Origin: a virus
Lineage: Duplodnaviria; Caudoviricetes
DNA: 64,000 nucleotides
Virus record (IMG/VR): IMGVR_UViG_3300023174_000047
Span: 128,001-192,000 of that record
Strand: one strand, 5' to 3'
Positions 28,362 through 40,400 of the stretch are shown here, piece after piece. Within the stretch, counting starts at the first letter, position 1, and the number at the start of each line of letters is the position of its first letter. Under the pieces are notes generated by a model, which was given only the letters and a program-made list of their open reading frames with translations, had not been told where the DNA came from and made no database searches. The translations under genes were made by a program, and so were the position numbers.

Positions 28362-30179
28362 ATGGCTGCTCAAAATTTCACAGAATTTAATTTACCTAAA
28401 AACGCTTATGCAGCATTTGATGCAGTAAGTTTAAAAAGCCTCATCATTAATAGGCTTAAAACTTCCAATGTGTTTACGGATCAGGCATATGAAGGCAGTA
28501 ATTTGTCGAGCATCATTGACATCATTGCATATGCTTATCACGTCTCTTTGTTTTATCTCAACAATCAAGCATCAGAAGCATATTTTAATCAAGCTACTTT
28601 GTATGAGAATATGAACAAGCTTGTTGCACTCATTGGTTATAATCCGCTTGGATCTCAAACTTCCATTGCACCCTTCAAGGCAACAGCACTCAACGGACTC
28701 GACATTGGATCTTATATGATTCCAAGATATTCTTTTGTTGCAATAAATGGCGCAATCTACTCCATAACACAAGACATTTTCTTTGACAAGACCATTGCTG
28801 GCATTGAAGCAATTGAATCCATTGGTGATCGAAATTTATTATATCAAGGGCAGATTAGAGAATATGCCACACAAACAGCCATTGGTGAAGATTTTGAAAT
28901 TGTAACTCTCACTGTCAATAGTCAAGTTACGACTAATGAACCATTTGTTGACAACAATAGCATTTTTGTGTTTATAAAAGATGCTAATACTAAAAAATGG
29001 AGTGAATGGAACGCAACAGCTTCCATCTATAGCGAGTCTCCATATGCTAAAGTATTTGAAAAAAGACTCAATGATCAAGGTTTATTTGAGCTTAAATTTG
29101 GTGATAACATCACAGGTAAAAAGCTAAATGCAGGTGATGAGATAGCGATATACTATTTATTGAGCACAGGATCTGCAGGTGTAATTTCTGCTGAAGCAAT
29201 TAGCGATGCAAGATTTGTGAGATATGTTACTCCCAAGTATAGAACCATCATAAGTGACATCTATGATTCTGATGCTCCTGTGGCTACACAGACACAACTC
29301 AATGCTGTAGCAATCACTAATACCAACAGATCAACTGACGTCAAACCACTTGAGAGCATTGCAGACATTAGAATAAATGCACCTAAAACATTTGCTTCAC
29401 AAAACAGAGTTGTAACAGAAGCTGATTTCAATGGCTACATTGAGCGCAATTTTACGAACATCATTAGAGATGTTCAATCCATCAACAACAGCACATACTT
29501 GAATGAATACATCAAGTATTTCTATGACATTGGATTGGCGCAGCCTAATGATGATTCAAATGTATTGCTGAATCAAGTTACATTTGCTGATGCATGTGAT
29601 TTCAACAATGTTTATGCATTTGTTGTACCAAGAAACTTCCTGGTAGGTGAAAGTATACCACAGACATTACCAATTGCATTCAAGCAGCTCATTGTTAACA
29701 GCTTGCAAACTGTCAAGATGCAAAACATTGAAGTTGTTCCATCTGATCCAGTTTATATTGCTGTTGATATTGGCGTTGCAGCAATAGGAGAGGCATTAAA
29801 TGAAACTGTGCGGAATGATTCTGTTTTAGTCATTAAAAAGAATTCAAATTCAAGAATTTCGAGCAATCAAATTAAAACAAGCGTATATAATGCAATTGTG
29901 CAGTATTTTTCTGTTGATTCCATGAGACTTGGTCAGCAACTCAATTTTTATGATTTAACAAGAAATATTCTTAACATTGAAGGTGTACAAAACATTACTA
30001 CAACAAGAACTACAGCCAATGCAAGTGCTTCTACACCAGGGTTGAGTTTTGTTTTATGGAACCCACAATATGCGAAAGAAGATGTTGTGATTACTACACA
30101 AAACATCAAGTTACCCCTGTTTAAGTATCCATTTTTGATAAACAAAACAAGCCTACTAAACAAGATTCGTGTTGAATGA
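28362..30179 (+). CDS. Baseplate wedge protein, gp6-like
   Basis: FTDQAYEGSNLSSIIDIIAY, FGDNITGK, QNRVVTEADF. Confidence 0.92.
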   Translation: MAAQNFTEFNLPKNAYAAFDAVSLKSLIINRLKTSNVFTDQAYEGSNLSSIIDIIAYAYHVSLFYLNNQASEAYFNQATLYENMNKLVALIGYNPLGSQTSIAPFKATALNGLDIGSYMIPRYSFVAINGAIYSITQDIFFDKTIAGIEAIESIGDRNLLYQGQIREYATQTAIGEDFEIVTLTVNSQVTTNEPFVDNNSIFVFIKDANTKKWSEWNATASIYSESPYAKVFEKRLNDQGLFELKFGDNITGKKLNAGDEIAIYYLLSTGSAGVISAEAISDARFVRYVTPKYRTIISDIYDSDAPVATQTQLNAVAITNTNRSTDVKPLESIADIRINAPKTFASQNRVVTEADFNGYIERNFTNIIRDVQSINNSTYLNEYIKYFYDIGLAQPNDDSNVLLNQVTFADACDFNNVYAFVVPRNFLVGESIPQTLPIAFKQLIVNSLQTVKMQNIEVVPSDPVYIAVDIGVAAIGEALNETVRNDSVLVIKKNSNSRISSNQIKTSVYNAIVQYFSVDSMRLGQQLNFYDLTRNILNIEGVQNITTTRTTANASASTPGLSFVLWNPQYAKEDVVITTQNIKLPLFKYPFLINKTSLLNKIRVE

Positions 30180-32305
30180 GTGAAGTACTTTACAGATATG
30201 TGTATTTTGACACATTAAATTTTACAAATGCCTCTTCTACAACAGGATATGCATTGAGTATTTGTCCTTTTACATTTTCACCAAGAGTACAAAACAGTGT
30301 GACGGTATCCAACAAGAGAATTCTGTGGGATTTTGGTGATGGTACAACCTCAACTGCAGTCACTGCACAGCATGCATATAGTCTGCCGGGTACATATCTT
30401 GTTACCATGTATTTGTATGATGCAGAAGGTAATGCTTATTACAATGCATATGACTCAGCAGTTACTGTTTACAACTATATAAGCGATTCAATTGTTCTAT
30501 CAGCAGGTAATCTCAAATACATTGTTTCTGACATTGACAGCAATGCTTTTGATGTGTATAGATTCAATTCATGGCAGGGTGCAGACAAAGCCAATTCAAC
30601 TGTTTTATTGTATGTGAGTGGCAACAATGCTCCTTACATTGATGAGCAGCAATACAATCGAGACAAATACAGTCACCTTAAAAAGTATAGCCAATTCTAC
30701 CAGCTTCGTTTTAACAATAATCTTCAAATTTATGAACATGTTCCTACAAACAACATCATTACAACATCTGTTGATTTGTATGCTCGTTTGTCAGCAACAG
30801 CAATAGTACCATGCGCAAAGCATGATGCAGGAGCAATCTTTGTGGGTACATCTGGCTATGCATCATGTGCTTATCGTGACGATATGCCAACAGGTGCATA
30901 TCCGACATTAATTTTTGCTTCATTTGAGAACATTGATTTTAAGGATCCAAACAATGATGCTTTACCGGTTGATGTAAATGCAAAACAAACGCTGCAGACT
31001 AATGCGCAATCATTTTACTGCACACTCTCTACGCTTGCACCCAACAGCATTTTCATATCTAGCATTGGTCTGAGTGCTGTGCCTGTTAATGCAGTTCAAT
31101 TTACAAATGCACGCATACCCTTTGTTGTGCAAATATCCAATGCAGCAGAGGCACCATGCAAATATTGCACCAATTTGAAGCGCGTCAATGCAGTGAGCAG
31201 TCTTTCTGCAAATACAATTAAATTGTATGCATTTGATGCAACTACTAATGCATCTCTGTCAGTCGCCGTTGTGGATGATTTTGGCGAATTTACCAATTAC
31301 AACACAGGAATATACAAAGGATATTGTGCATTCTCTGCACCCTTAACTGGTGTAAAACTGGCTGCCGTTGCAAGCGTTTCATCAATTTTTGGCATTGCAA
31401 CATTATCAGCAACAACCAATGCACTTGAAATTATTGACAGTGATTTTGCCATAACTAAAATAAACGAAAATTTTGATCAATCTGCAAAATATAAAAGTTA
31501 TCGCTTCCAAGAAACTCTGCTAGATAAAAATGTATTTTTTGATTCATTTTTAGGCACCATAGTTGGTAATGCTGAAGCACCACCAAATGTTCTAGGCAAA
31601 AGAATACATGAAAAGCAGGCAAATTTTGTAGATAATACACAACTCATTGATGCATGCAACATTGAAGCCTTATACTCATTAAAGAGCATGTTAAATGCAA
31701 ATGTTTATCAATTTGAGCGGTTTAATTTTGGCACACCAGCTGAGATATCACGCATCATGGATATGCTCAGCATCAAACAGAGCAAGCTCTGGGGCGCAAA
31801 AAATGAGTATGCAGAAAACTTTGATAAAAAAGGTTTAGTGCACAGCAATGTATATGGCATTAATTTGGGCAATGCACTGAATTCTCAGACCACAATTTTA
31901 ACAGCAGGTTCTGGTGCCGGCTACATTGTTGCTTATGAAAAATTTAGCGGCAATTATAAGCTCATTAACACAGACTTGTTGAGTTCAATGTACATTAGGT
32001 TCATTGACGCAAACAAACAAACATATGCATTAAGCGCATATAATAATTTCTGGGGATGGGGGTTGGTGATACCAGATGAATTTGATGCAACAATCTTTGA
32101 TCATTACTATGATTTTTATGAATATATTGCTACACCACAAGGCTCTATTTTAAATTCCATCGTCAACTGGGATGATGATGTAAACACCATCACAAGATCA
32201 CAAAGTTCGCATGATGCATGGGCTGGAGCCAATGGAACCATGGAGAAACTACTGAGACAATCTTTATTGCAGGGTCTTACAATTTTTGGTGTAATAACTG
32301 GTTAG
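30176..32305 (+). CDS. Baseplate wedge-associated structural protein with PKD domain
   Basis: ILWDFGDGTTS...HAYSLPGTY PKD motif; follows gp6. Confidence 0.7.
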   Translation: MSEVLYRYVYFDTLNFTNASSTTGYALSICPFTFSPRVQNSVTVSNKRILWDFGDGTTSTAVTAQHAYSLPGTYLVTMYLYDAEGNAYYNAYDSAVTVYNYISDSIVLSAGNLKYIVSDIDSNAFDVYRFNSWQGADKANSTVLLYVSGNNAPYIDEQQYNRDKYSHLKKYSQFYQLRFNNNLQIYEHVPTNNIITTSVDLYARLSATAIVPCAKHDAGAIFVGTSGYASCAYRDDMPTGAYPTLIFASFENIDFKDPNNDALPVDVNAKQTLQTNAQSFYCTLSTLAPNSIFISSIGLSAVPVNAVQFTNARIPFVVQISNAAEAPCKYCTNLKRVNAVSSLSANTIKLYAFDATTNASLSVAVVDDFGEFTNYNTGIYKGYCAFSAPLTGVKLAAVASVSSIFGIATLSATTNALEIIDSDFAITKINENFDQSAKYKSYRFQETLLDKNVFFDSFLGTIVGNAEAPPNVLGKRIHEKQANFVDNTQLIDACNIEALYSLKSMLNANVYQFERFNFGTPAEISRIMDMLSIKQSKLWGAKNEYAENFDKKGLVHSNVYGINLGNALNSQTTILTAGSGAGYIVAYEKFSGNYKLINTDLLSSMYIRFIDANKQTYALSAYNNFWGWGLVIPDEFDATIFDHYYDFYEYIATPQGSILNSIVNWDDDVNTITRSQSSHDAWAGANGTMEKLLRQSLLQGLTIFGVITG

Positions 32306-32338
32306 AATATAAGCTATATCCCAACCAGCTTTATAGAA

Positions 32339-32755
32339 CTAAATTGATACAACTCTTATTGCTTTAATGTGCATGGAATTATCATCGCTACAGCCGCAAT
32401 CACTATTTTTACTTGTTTCATAGTCCATATACTGAGCAACATCCGTAATGTTGTTATTAGCAATGGTAATTTTAGCCTGTACCCAGCCTGGAATGCTATG
32501 TGCCGTTCTGAGCTGATGCATCAATTGATGTGAGAGCTTTGTAATAGCTTGCAAATCTGCTAATGCCATGTGTATTTCTTTTGCTTCGCCTGTTGGCTCA
32601 CTGTTCATTTGCTCTAAATCTTCGCAGTTTTCATCAACAGCAGGTGAACCACCATATGGCATGCCTAATGCTGGATCTGCTTTGAGTGGCAGCCCACCCT
32701 CTTTGGGGCTGAGATAATTTTCCCAGATGAGATTCAATTCTTGTGTATATTTCAT
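32339..32755 (-). CDS. Hypothetical late protein
   Basis: 138-aa ORF; IPGWVQAKITIA...VAQYMDY. Confidence 0.7.
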   Translation of the reverse strand: MKYTQELNLIWENYLSPKEGGLPLKADPALGMPYGGSPAVDENCEDLEQMNSEPTGEAKEIHMALADLQAITKLSHQLMHQLRTAHSIPGWVQAKITIANNNITDVAQYMDYETSKNSDCGCSDDNSMHIKAIRVVSI

Positions 32756-32781
32756 TAATTTAAAATTAGTGAGGTGTTTTA

Positions 32782-33126
32782 TTATTCTATAATTTCTACC
32801 TGTGTTGTTAATGCAGCATCAAGTTGATTTTTTACTGCATTGGCTTGAGTTTGCATTACAATTCCATAATATTTATTAACCACAGGTGTTATGATATTCT
32901 TTAATCTTTGTGTATAGTCAAGAGATAAAAATGCTTTGATAAATGCATTTGATGATACATCTAAATCATCAGCATTAAACTCTACATTATCTGTGCGAGC
33001 TTTTTCTCTGGCATCATTTATAGTTGTTAGTCTCCATTGCTCGTATCCAATATCGTTGCTTACTAGAGGTATCAATGGTTTATTTTCTTCTGATATATTT
33101 AATGTTGTTGTTATTTTTATTTGCAT
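32782..33126 (-). CDS. Hypothetical, possible fibre chaperone
   Basis: Follows fibre gene; TATAAATA at 33133-33140 on the - strand. Confidence 0.6.
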   Translation of the reverse strand: MQIKITTTLNISEENKPLIPLVSNDIGYEQWRLTTINDAREKARTDNVEFNADDLDVSSNAFIKAFLSLDYTQRLKNIITPVVNKYYGIVMQTQANAVKNQLDAALTTQVEIIE

Positions 33127-33135
33127 ATTTTTTAT

Positions 33136-35706
33136 TTATACTGATGTTGCTTTAGTGTAGGTCATTCGTGTGCCTGCGTAAATTGTAGCTACGTTACTAG
33201 TAACTGTTGCACATTGCAATGTAATGTTGCCCGCAGTTGAACCATTTATGACTCGGAACTCTAAGCGGAATGTTACCTGGATACCGATACCAGTAGCAAA
33301 TGTTGTTCCTAATGTATTTATTGCAGTGATTAGAGACGGAGTTTGAAACGCCGCCAATGTAGCAAGGCTACCATATTGTTCACCACTTATAGTACATCCT
33401 GTTGGTGCGCCAATAGCAAGTTTTAAACCTGTATTCGTTGTTGCTTTTGATGCTGTTCCGGTAATAGTAACGACATAAGCTTCATTTGCCGCAATCGCAA
33501 AACCTAAATTAGTTGATACTGCTGTTGTGCTAGATGTTGTGAAGTCAGATGCTAGAAATTCTGATCCACCAGTTTGCATTAATTGTAACTGATCATAGAC
33601 TGCATTTTTAGATGGAGCTATTGCCGATACACCATTCCAACTCGAATCATATGCCGCATCACTTATCATTAATTGTAACTGATCATAGACTGCATTTTTA
33701 GATGGAGCTATTGCCGATACACCATTCCAACTAGAATCATATGTCGCATCACTTATAGCAGAACCACCTACAGATGCCCATGAGCCACCACTACTCTTTA
33801 TTTCTACCGCACCAGCATTATCTCTAAATCCATATCCTGCTGATCCATCAGTTGTTCCGAAGTTATAATAACCACTTGCAGGGACTTGAATATTTTCAGA
33901 AAATCTATGAACTGCACCAGATCCTACTGCATCATATGTCACTATACCAGTTGATCCAACATCAATATTCAAATAATTCGATGTATCATAACCTGCACGG
34001 AAAAGATTGCTTGTGTCAATTAGGTGCAGGCGTGTAACTGGTGAGGTAGTGTTGAGTCCCAACTTTCCGCTTATGTAATTTTTACCACCCGTTGAGTATA
34101 AAGCATAACCTGAAAGACTATATTGCTCTGCAAACAAAGCATAACTATTTGCCGCAATTGCCACGCCTCTAACACCTGTACCAAATTCTCTTTCAGATCG
34201 GCCTCGCACACCATCGCTTGCACCAAGACCGTATACTCCAATCTGTGTTCCAGCTGAACTTGTAGGGCCAACAGAAGTTCCTTGAACACCATAAGCAGTT
34301 CCATTCCAATTAATATATGCTGAACCGTGAATTCCAGTAATTATTCCAGAAGGTTTAGAGCTGTTGTCGATTGCCTCTACTCGTAATCCAGTAACATATT
34401 CTTCATATAATTCTGGATTTGTCTGTTGTGCTAAAATGTAGGCACCTCTAAGCGATTGGTCTGTGCTATTACCATAATAAAATCCCGTTTCAGGATCATA
34501 AATCCCTGTTACGTTTTTTATATTTTGAGTTGAGAATTTATAATATTCTTGGATACCACCAACACCTACCTGTTGATTAGTTGTATCAACTGTAACAATA
34601 TCAGTTGTGCCGTCAGCTTTCAGAATTCTGACTGCTGATATACTATCTGTTGCTGGATATATTTTAGGAGTAATCACACCAACACCATGCACAGTTGACG
34701 CAGAATTAAACGTTTGTTGACCTGTCCATGTATTAGCCTTTGCAAGGTTTATATCTGCCGTAAATATACCTGATCCAGTGATGGGTGTTGAACCAATTGT
34801 AAGTGTTGAATAAACTGAAGACAATCCTACTGATGTAACAGTTCCTGGTGCCCAACCTGCACTATTACTATTAACGGTGGTGTATACACTTATATTCTTA
34901 GCAGATTGCGTAGAAAAATTGGTGTACGTACCCTGCCAGTTACCTGTTAAACTTTTTATATCTGTTCCTTGATAATTCCAATTTGTAGCACTATTAGTTT
35001 GAACAGTAGTATAAACAGAAAGATTATTAGCAGATTGCGTAGAAAAATTAGTATATGTATTCTGCCAATTAGCACTATTAGAATTTACAGTTGAGTATGT
35101 ATTTTGCCAATTGCCTGTTAAAGCTTTAATATCTGTTCCCTGGTAATTCCAATTTGTAGCACTACTAGAATTTACAGTTGAGTATACACTTAAATTATTA
35201 GCAGATTGCGTAGAAAAATTAGTATAAGTATCCTGCCAGTTACCTGTTAAACTTTTTATATCTGTTCCTTGATAATTCCAGGCAACACCACTATTTGTAT
35301 TAACAGTAGTATAAACAGAAAGATTATTAGCAGATTGAGTAGAAAAATTAGTGTATGTATTTTGCCAATTACCTGTTAAAGCTTTAATATCTGTTCCCTG
35401 GTAATTCCAATTAGTAGCAGAGTTAGTATTAACAGTAGTATAAGAACTATTCCACTGGTCACTGTTGCCACCGTTTGCATATATTACATTTGTTGTGGAT
35501 AAAACACCTGTTAATGTACCACCAGATAACGGTAAATAAGCACCAGATCCACCACCCCCACCACCTAATGCAGTTTCCACGCCAGTATCATCCTTAGTAT
35601 ACAAAAACCCATCAGTTTTAGCATAAACAATCACCAATCCAGCATCAGGAGTTGCTGTAGCAGATACTTCCTTAAAAGCAGCAAAAGTTGAAAAGTTGGG
35701 ATTCAT
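33136..35706 (-). CDS. Tail/head fibre-like protein with repeat stalk
   Basis: YLPLSGGTLTG, four NYQGTDIK repeats, Gly/Ala-rich beta-helix-like stretch, KLGLNTTSP. Confidence 0.75.
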   Translation of the reverse strand: MNPNFSTFAAFKEVSATATPDAGLVIVYAKTDGFLYTKDDTGVETALGGGGGGSGAYLPLSGGTLTGVLSTTNVIYANGGNSDQWNSSYTTVNTNSATNWNYQGTDIKALTGNWQNTYTNFSTQSANNLSVYTTVNTNSGVAWNYQGTDIKSLTGNWQDTYTNFSTQSANNLSVYSTVNSSSATNWNYQGTDIKALTGNWQNTYSTVNSNSANWQNTYTNFSTQSANNLSVYTTVQTNSATNWNYQGTDIKSLTGNWQGTYTNFSTQSAKNISVYTTVNSNSAGWAPGTVTSVGLSSVYSTLTIGSTPITGSGIFTADINLAKANTWTGQQTFNSASTVHGVGVITPKIYPATDSISAVRILKADGTTDIVTVDTTNQQVGVGGIQEYYKFSTQNIKNVTGIYDPETGFYYGNSTDQSLRGAYILAQQTNPELYEEYVTGLRVEAIDNSSKPSGIITGIHGSAYINWNGTAYGVQGTSVGPTSSAGTQIGVYGLGASDGVRGRSEREFGTGVRGVAIAANSYALFAEQYSLSGYALYSTGGKNYISGKLGLNTTSPVTRLHLIDTSNLFRAGYDTSNYLNIDVGSTGIVTYDAVGSGAVHRFSENIQVPASGYYNFGTTDGSAGYGFRDNAGAVEIKSSGGSWASVGGSAISDATYDSSWNGVSAIAPSKNAVYDQLQLMISDAAYDSSWNGVSAIAPSKNAVYDQLQLMQTGGSEFLASDFTTSSTTAVSTNLGFAIAANEAYVVTITGTASKATTNTGLKLAIGAPTGCTISGEQYGSLATLAAFQTPSLITAINTLGTTFATGIGIQVTFRLEFRVINGSTAGNITLQCATVTSNVATIYAGTRMTYTKATSV
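33577..33756. repeat. Tandem 90-bp duplication (2 mismatches)
   Basis: Encodes ISDA(T/A)YDSSWNGVSAIAPSKNAVYDQLQLM twice. Confidence 0.95.
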
Positions 35707-35709
35707 AAA

Positions 35710-36033
35710 TTATGGGTCTGAAATTACTACTGATCCATCATCCGCAAATACATATGCATAAGGAGGAACTGTATATTTTTCTTCCAATTCAATGCCTTGT
35801 GATGTAAGAAATGCAACCGTTTCTGCATGTTGGGTAAATGCGAATATTGCATTATTCCCGAATACATCAGCAATTTGCTGAGGTGTTACACCTTCATTTG
35901 GATACCAAAAACTATTGAATAAATCGGTGGTAGTTTTTTTAAGTGCATCTAGTGCTGATCTACGACGCTCTTCAATAGCAATAGCCTGCTTAGTAGCAAG
36001 CGGAACTTCTGGAGGTTCAGGTATTAGGTTCAT
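35710..36033 (-). CDS. Hypothetical, possible fibre chaperone
   Basis: 107 aa within the fibre cluster. Confidence 0.6.
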   Translation of the reverse strand: MNLIPEPPEVPLATKQAIAIEERRRSALDALKKTTTDLFNSFWYPNEGVTPQQIADVFGNNAIFAFTQHAETVAFLTSQGIELEEKYTVPPYAYVFADDGSVVISDP

Positions 36034-36046
36034 AATGAGTATTTAG

Positions 36047-36985
36047 TTAAAAAGCATGTCGATTGAGTCCTGAAATGATGCATTTCCATTTCCAAGTTTC
36101 AGCAGTAACTCCTGTGACAGTAATGGCTAATGCATCATTGGTATCATCAGCAGTGAGTGTGACATCTGGTGTTGGCACATCTTTTATATCAGAGCCAATT
36201 GTTTCTACTGTTCCAACAATAGAAGTTGTTGAACCCACACGTTTAATACAGAATTTACGTGCAAACATACAGACTGCACTACCATCTGATTTAACTCCTG
36301 TGATTGTCGCAATACCAGAAACAACTGTGCTGGTATTGATGCTTAGTCTTGTTGAAGTGCCATTAAGGAAAAGTTCGGTTGGTGTTGTGCCAGTAGATGT
36401 GTTAGTCAACCCGACTGAGTTACCTACAGAATATTCATTACCCGCCCCGTCCATGGTGTGCATTTCAGCGGTCCCATTAATATTTTTAGCGTATATTTGT
36501 GCACAATCTGTCAGCGGGTTACTCGGTGTGCTTTGCTGTAAAAATTGATGCGGAGCCTTGGAATAAATATTTGAGATGTATCTAGAAGAACCTGAACTCT
36601 GTCCTAAATCTAAATTACCAATCAATGGATATAATTGACCGCCCAATACGGTAGTTCCTCCACTATGAGTAAAAAGTATATCTGCTGATGTTGCTTGTAT
36701 TACCAAGCCATAATTGGTCCACCAATAAAACTTGGCAGAACGGGATAGTGCAGGAAAAGAAAAATTAATCAAATCTACATTCACGCCAGTTGTAACATTA
36801 ATGAATGAAATGTTTACGGGTGAAATTGTGATGTTGTTGGCGGATGATTCGTTTGGTGTATTTCCGATAATTATTCTTGAATTTTCTGCTAGTTTTGTAT
36901 AGCTTTGTCCTTTAAATCGGCCCAATCGACTTTTCACTGTTTGTAATGGGGCAGTTCCCAATGCACCTAGTATTCCACTATTCAT
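36047..36985 (-). CDS. Fibre-associated structural protein
   Basis: Thr/Ser-rich beta-type protein within the fibre cluster. Confidence 0.6.
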   Translation of the reverse strand: MNSGILGALGTAPLQTVKSRLGRFKGQSYTKLAENSRIIIGNTPNESSANNITISPVNISFINVTTGVNVDLINFSFPALSRSAKFYWWTNYGLVIQATSADILFTHSGGTTVLGGQLYPLIGNLDLGQSSGSSRYISNIYSKAPHQFLQQSTPSNPLTDCAQIYAKNINGTAEMHTMDGAGNEYSVGNSVGLTNTSTGTTPTELFLNGTSTRLSINTSTVVSGIATITGVKSDGSAVCMFARKFCIKRVGSTTSIVGTVETIGSDIKDVPTPDVTLTADDTNDALAITVTGVTAETWKWKCIISGLNRHAF

Positions 36986-36988
36986 AAA

Positions 36989-37447
36989 TTAAAAGTCTTC
37001 CACATTGCATGTAATATACAATGTTCTACCTGATGTAACAGCAGCAGTAATAACACCAACATAGATTTCTTCATTAGCTTCTAGTGGTAAAATGGGTCTT
37101 CCGCTCTGATCAATGGGTAATCCCTGAACAAATGCATTATTTAAAACATCAACATTAATTGTTGTTCCATTAACACCAGAGGTTGCTGCAACAGGAACAG
37201 TAAACAACAAAAATTTTGTAGTTCCTGCATTTGTTGAAATGTAAAATGATATACTGCGAGCAGAAGAATCATCACTTGCAACAATAATTGATTTAACAAT
37301 GCTGCCTTCACTTCCCGCTGTTAAAAGTTTTGTTGTATTAGTAGGAGCTGTTCCGCCATTTGCAGCAATAAATGAGTTAGCATTAACAAGAGCAAGAGCA
37401 GGAGATTTAACTGTTTGCGTAAAAGGATTTGATGTAGTTTTAGCCAT
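36989..37447 (-). CDS. Fibre-associated small structural protein
   Basis: 152 aa; AATAAATA upstream on the - strand. Confidence 0.6.
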   Translation of the reverse strand: MAKTTSNPFTQTVKSPALALVNANSFIAANGGTAPTNTTKLLTAGSEGSIVKSIIVASDDSSARSISFYISTNAGTTKFLLFTVPVAATSGVNGTTINVDVLNNAFVQGLPIDQSGRPILPLEANEEIYVGVITAAVTSGRTLYITCNVEDF

Positions 37448-37479
37448 TGTTTATTTACTTATTTATTAAAGGTATTATA

Positions 37480-40400
37480 TCAAGACCAGATTGCAGAGAT
37501 TAAAGGTATTGGGTCTGATGTTGCTGCATTCCCCAGCGTGCTCTGCATTTGCATATTGGTCCCGTCATAAACCAAATCTACCCACTGACCTACCCTAATA
37601 TCATTATCAGCAAGTGTCGTAGTAATTCCACCAGCCGCTTTTACAATAGTTTTAGCACCCAGAGAATTAAAATTGATGGTAGCAGCACCAGTATTGGCTG
37701 TATTTGCTTTGAATCTGTAATGAGCACCAGTCGTATAAGCTGATGGAGCGGGGGATAATGTAGCTGCATATGCATCAGTGCTTCCTGCATCTGCGGCGAA
37801 AGCAACGAGCCGAGTATCATTCGTATTAACCCAACTAGCACTATTTGTATTAACAGTAGTATAAACATTTAGATTATTAGCAGATTGAGTAGAAAAATTG
37901 GTATATGTATTTTGCCAATTGCCCGTTAAACTCTTTATGTCTGTTCCCTGATAATTCCAATTTGTAGCACTATTACTATTGACAGTAGTATAAGAATTAT
38001 TCCATTGGTCACTGTTGCCACCGTTTGCATATATTACATTTGTTGTGGATAAAACACCTGTAACAGTTCCGCCTGAAAGAGGCAAATATGCACCTACTGT
38101 TGGAACAAGCTGAACATTAGTAACTTGTTTTACTGTTACAATAACACCAGGAGTATCTGGAATTGTTGGGTTGGTATGTGTAGTAAATGTTTCTACAGTT
38201 ACTTCTGTAGCATTACAATGCCAATATATTTCTATAAAATCATTAGCAGCTAGAGTAGCTATAAATGGTGTTACTGCAATTAACTGTGCAGGTATACCTG
38301 CACTTTTTCTTGCTGGTATGGTAAATACAGAACTACTGTCCGATACATCAACACCATTTTTTCTGAACCAGACATAAATATCTTCTTGAGTTGCACTTGT
38401 ATTTTTATACTGAATACTGAAAATTATTTCATAAGTACCAATATTATTGAATACAATTTTATTACTACTTAAACTAACTCCGTTAGCTTCAAATGTGTCT
38501 GCTATACTAAGTCTTTTAGCCTGATTAGCCCCAGTAAGAGTTTGCGCAGTGGTATCATAAAATGAGCCATAATAACCTGTTTGATTTGATGCAGAAGTTG
38601 GTGAACCAGTTGTCCATTTTTGTAATACACTACTATATGTTAATACTTGACCATTAGCAGGAGACGGTATATACACATCTTTAAGTGCAGATAGATAACT
38701 TACACCTGAAGATCCATTACCACCACTTAATGCTGATAATGAAACTGTATTACCATCACTAATAGTGAGTTGTGCATTACTTGCATTAAATGATAATGTT
38801 TGTCTTCCCCATGTTGCAGAAAAAGAACTAACTGTAGAGTATGTATTCTGCCAATTGCCCGTTAAAGCTTTGATATCTGTTCCTTGATAATTCCAATTTG
38901 TAGCAGAATTAGTATTAACAGAACTATATACACTATTCCATTGATTCGAGTTACCACCTGTAACAGTAATGACCCCATTAACATCCAATTTTGTGGTAGG
39001 CGTCATTGTTCCAATACCAACGTTACCGATAGTCTCTGTTAATATTACATTTTCATTAGGATTTATTATAATATTATTACTTGACCCTATACCAAAATTT
39101 CCATAGGAATTTCCTATATTTGCTGAATCTATATTAAAATATAAAGGATCGTTATTAATTCCTATATTACCATTTAATTTACCACCAGTTAAAGGGAAAA
39201 ATTTTGAATCAACATTCCATGTTGCAGAATAAGAATTAACTGTAGAATATGTACTCTGCCAATTGCCTGTTAAAGCTTTAATGTCTGTTCCTTGATAATT
39301 CCAATTTGTAGCACTATTTGTATTAACAGTTGAGTATACACTTAAATTACTAGCAGATTGTGCTAAAAAATTGGTATATGTATTCTGCCAATTTGAACTG
39401 TTAGCATTTACTGTAGTGTATGTATTTTGCCAATTAGCAGTCAATGCACGCACGCCTGCGTCAATGCTGGTACCACTTAATGCACTCAATGATATGGTAT
39501 TACCATTTGAGATAGTTAACTGAGCATTACTTTCATTGAAAGCAATGGTCTGAATCCATGTAGCAGACGATGCATTTACTGCAGTATATGTGTTTTGCCA
39601 ATTAGCGGTTAAGCTCTTGATGTCTGTTCCTTGATAATTCCAACTGCCGCTGTTAGCATTTACCGTAGTGTATGTATTCTGCCAGTTGCCTGTTAAGCTC
39701 TTGATGTCTGTTCCTTGATAATTCCAACTGCCGCTGTTAGCATTTACCGTAGTGTATACACTTATATTATTAGCAGATTGTGCTGAAAAATTAGTATATG
39801 TATTCTGCCAATTAGCGGTTAAGCCCCTTATATCCGTTCCTTGATAATTCCAACTGCCGCTGTTGGCATTTACCGTAGTATATGTACTCTGCCAATTAGC
39901 AGTCAATGCGCGTACACCTGTATCAATGCCTGTACCACTATTTGATGATGTGCCACTTAATGCACTCAATGATATGGTGTTTCCGTTTGAGATAGTTAAC
40001 TGAGCATTACTTTCATTGAAAGTAATGGTCTGAATCCATGCAGCAGACGATGCATTTACTGTTGCATATACACTAGCATTATTTGCACTCTGCGCATTAA
40101 AACTAGTATATGTACTCTGCCAATTAGCGGTTAAGCTCTTGATGTCTGTTCCTTGATAATTCCAACTGCCGCTGTTAGCATTTACTGTTGCATATACACT
40201 AGCATTATTTGCACTCTGCGCATTAAAACTAGTATATGTATTCTGCCAGTTGCCTGTTAAGCTCTTGATGTCTGTTCCTTGATAATTCCAACTGCCGCTG
40301 TTAGCATTTACTGTAGTGTATGTACTCTGCCAATTAGCAGTCAATGCACGCACACCTGTGTCAATGCCAGCACCGCCACCTGTTGAAGCACCACTCAATG

